Positions 38,274-39,895 of a DNA stretch of 39,895 nucleotides are shown in pieces. A program made the position numbers and the translations under genes. Source of the DNA: a virus; IMG/VR virus record IMGVR_UViG_3300045988_079078, one strand, 5' to 3'. Positions within the stretch are counted from its first letter, which is position 1. The number at the start of each line of letters is the position of its first letter. The notes beneath the pieces were generated by a model. It ran no database searches. It saw nothing but the letters and a program-made list of their open reading frames with translations, and was not told the origin of the DNA.

Positions 38274-39150
38274 AGCTCATACCCTCCTGCATGATGAACT
38301 GTTTCAGCTTCTTCAACTGTTCGATGGTGCCGCGAACGGAGAACTTTACTTCATAGACAGTAGGCTGCGTTTCATCTGGCTCCTGCACGGCTGCTGGCTG
38401 TTCTTCAATCGGTGCGAGAACTTCTTCAACAGGCGGTTCCGTAGCATCCTGCACCTCTGCAATGGCCTGCTGTACCTTTTCTTCTGCCGCCTGCTGCCGT
38501 TCCAGTGCTGCGCGGCGTTCAGTTTCTTGCTGCTTTTGCAGTTCGATTTGCTCATGCCGAGCGCGAACCGTACTCAATGCAAGCGCAACATTCAGCGATT
38601 TCTTATATTCAACCAGCAACTCGGCGGCGTCCTCATGGCGGGAAAGCTCCTGCACCTCTTCGGCGATTTTAAGTACCGTCGAGGTCAACGCGGTCTTCAC
38701 GCCGTTTACGCTGGTCGAAAGCCCGATTTTCAAATTCATCTGCTCGAAGCGTAGCCAGGGCAGATTGTTCGCCTTGCAAAGCTCTGCGAAGTAGCTTTGA
38801 ATTTCCTTTACCTTATCAGCCTTCAAGCCGGTCTCGACCTCGTCAACGCGGCGCTTCAACTCGGCATCGGCCTTTTTGTACGGGTCTGCGATGCACTGCT
38901 TGTACACTTCCTCAAAGCGGTTGTACGGCTCCATGATGGCTTCTTTGACCCGTTTGCGCTGTTCTTCCATAGCCGCAAATTCCTTGCCAAGCTCGGTGCG
39001 AATTTTCTTTACATCGCCGCGCGTTTCTTCCGTGCAAACAAGCTGCATCGCGTTATTGGTACGGGCTTCCACATCGGCTTTCACAAGCTGTAGATGTTCC
39101 TCGATAACGGGCAGCTGCTTTAGCGTAATTACCTGCATTTTGTTTTCCAC
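38260..39150 (-). CDS. DUF1351-like protein (commonly upstream of RecT in Firmicutes phages)
   Basis: The N-terminus has ITLKQLPVIEEHLQLVKADVE, followed by a long coiled coil. The call is supported by synteny with recT. Confidence 0.55.
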   Translation of the reverse strand: MENKMQVITLKQLPVIEEHLQLVKADVEARTNNAMQLVCTEETRGDVKKIRTELGKEFAAMEEQRKRVKEAIMEPYNRFEEVYKQCIADPYKKADAELKRRVDEVETGLKADKVKEIQSYFAELCKANNLPWLRFEQMNLKIGLSTSVNGVKTALTSTVLKIAEEVQELSRHEDAAELLVEYKKSLNVALALSTVRARHEQIELQKQQETERRAALERQQAAEEKVQQAIAEVQDATEPPVEEVLAPIEEQPAAVQEPDETQPTVYEVKFSVRGTIEQLKKLKQFIMQEGMSYDDI

Positions 39151-39154
39151 TTTT

Positions 39155-39355
39155 TCAAACCTCCATATGTTTGAATGACTCCATGCTCTGGCACAGGCCA
39201 GCTTCGGCAGATAGCATCAAGTCTCGCATCTGCTGATACTTGATAAAATCAGGCGTTGAGCGGTCATGCACGATGCGCTGCATAGCCTGAAAATGTTTCT
39301 GGTATTTATCCGGGGCGTTATTTTCAAACGCCATTCTGATGTTTTCGCAAATCAT
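39155..39355 (-). CDS. Hypothetical protein (66 aa)
   Basis: The ORF is tightly packed in the early operon. Confidence 0.5.
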   Translation of the reverse strand: MICENIRMAFENNAPDKYQKHFQAMQRIVHDRSTPDFIKYQQMRDLMLSAEAGLCQSMESFKHMEV

Positions 39356-39358
39356 TTT

Positions 39359-39562
39359 TTAAGCTCCTGCCGCAATCGAGGTATGGATTCCGAGCGCGGT
39401 CAAAACTGTCTTAACGTCCAAGTCATCGTAGCGGTAAATTGCACCGCCCAGGTCTACAATCTCGTCGCCCTCGTAGTACGGTACGCCGTCAGCGTCCGTT
39501 CCAATCGGTTCATCATCATAGGGCGGGAAGGGGTTATCTTGATGGCCCCAAAAGCTGGTCAT
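39359..39562 (-). CDS. Hypothetical acidic protein (67 aa)
   Basis: ATG 39562 forms an ATGA overlap with the repeat-protein stop. Confidence 0.55.
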   Translation of the reverse strand: MTSFWGHQDNPFPPYDDEPIGTDADGVPYYEGDEIVDLGGAIYRYDDLDVKTVLTALGIHTSIAAGA

Positions 39563-39895
39563 TTGGACACCTCCACAAGCACGCCGTTTTTCAGCTTGTA
39601 CCAGGTATCGGACTTGATGTTTTCACCGTCAACTTTAAAGCACTGCACATCTTTACGATGCCAGTTAAATTTCTCGTCGCTTTCCCATTCTGCAATCACA
39701 ATCCAGCATCCTAAAGCGCCTTTAGCTTTACTATCAATGCCGAGCGCAGCAGCAACGCTTTCCGTGCCTGTAGCAGATGCCGCGCCCTGCCAGCCTGTAG
39801 CAGATGCCGCGCCCTGGTCGCCTGTAGCAGATGCCGCGCCCCGCCAGCCTGTAGCAGATGCCGCGCCCCGCCAGCCTGTAGCAGATGCCGCGCCC
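39559..39895 (-). CDS. C-terminal part of the 9-aa-repeat protein (continues from 1-529 across the circular junction)
   Basis: The frame is open from the window edge. The translation is ...ASATGTESVAAALGIDSKAKGALGCWIVIAEWESDEKFNWHRKDVQCFKVDGENIKSDTWYKLKNGVLVEVSK*, with the stop at 39559-39561. Confidence 0.8.
   Translation of the reverse strand, partial: GAASATGWRGAASATGWRGAASATGDQGAASATGWQGAASATGTESVAAALGIDSKAKGALGCWIVIAEWESDEKFNWHRKDVQCFKVDGENIKSDTWYKLKNGVLVEVSK
39767..39895. repeat. 27-nt tandem repeat, 4.8 units, same family as 1-196
   Basis: Units start at 39767, 39794, 39821, 39848 and 39875 (the last is partial, 21 nt). Confidence 0.97.

Larger units (their letters stand above)
1..39895. 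mobile_element. Complete temperate phage genome (siphovirus-like), circularly permuted; 47-nt terminal overlap
   Basis: A full set of lysogeny, replication, packaging, head, tail and lysis genes is present. Integrase and an attP-like site lie in the interior. nt 1-47 are identical to nt 39849-39895. No host flanks are visible. Confidence 0.9.

Overview
The window is one complete temperate siphovirus-type phage genome with Gram-positive, Clostridia-like gene content, given as a linearised circle. Its first 47 nt (1-47) are identical to its last 47 nt (39849-39895). The cut falls inside a 27-nt in-frame tandem repeat of a coding gene, so the true unit length is about 39.85 kb and the repeat copy number is unresolved.

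Layout:
- Lysogeny module on the + strand (2458-6214): a tandem-HTH repressor, accessory genes and a tyrosine integrase. It is followed by an attP-like site at 6204-6422, made of a tRNA/tmRNA-like 3' end, a terminator and five GTACACAC arm repeats.
- Everything else is on the - strand, starting from two duplicated near-consensus early promoters (about 2357-2385 and 1302-1330).
- Early genes: a Lar-like restriction-alleviation gene, Cro-like HTH genes and the 9-aa-repeat protein that wraps the window ends.
- Recombination and replication: DUF1351-like, RecT, MBL hydrolase, a replisome organiser with an embedded origin-like repeat cluster, and SSB.
- A sigma-r4/ArpU-like late activator, then a ~480-nt GC-rich non-coding leader.
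- A ParB-N protein plus a GT-A-like glycosyltransferase.
- TerS, TerL, portal, head genes, major capsid protein, tail genes with a G/T -1 frameshift, tape measure, Dit, and a tail fibre carrying an SGNH esterase.
- A lysis cassette (M23+GH25 endolysin, holin).
- A ~3.5-kb block of small uncharacterised low-complexity proteins running up to attP.

Best candidates for something new:
1. The structured ~480-nt leader or ncRNA. It carries three terminator-like hairpins and a thrice-repeated motif just upstream of the late operon. Strong promoter-less terminators also sit inside that operon, which suggests processive antitermination.
2. The ParB-N protein paired with a GT-A glycosyltransferase where a methyltransferase domain is usually found. 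This may be a DNA or virion glycosylation module.
3. The post-lysis block of Q-, G/W-, Cys- and RSYD-rich proteins plus a TNF/BclA-CTD-like protein.
4. An opposite-strand glycine-zipper moron between the tape measure and tail chaperone genes.
5. The two-codon-variable 9-aa repeat protein.

All family names come from recalled motifs, not from database searches.
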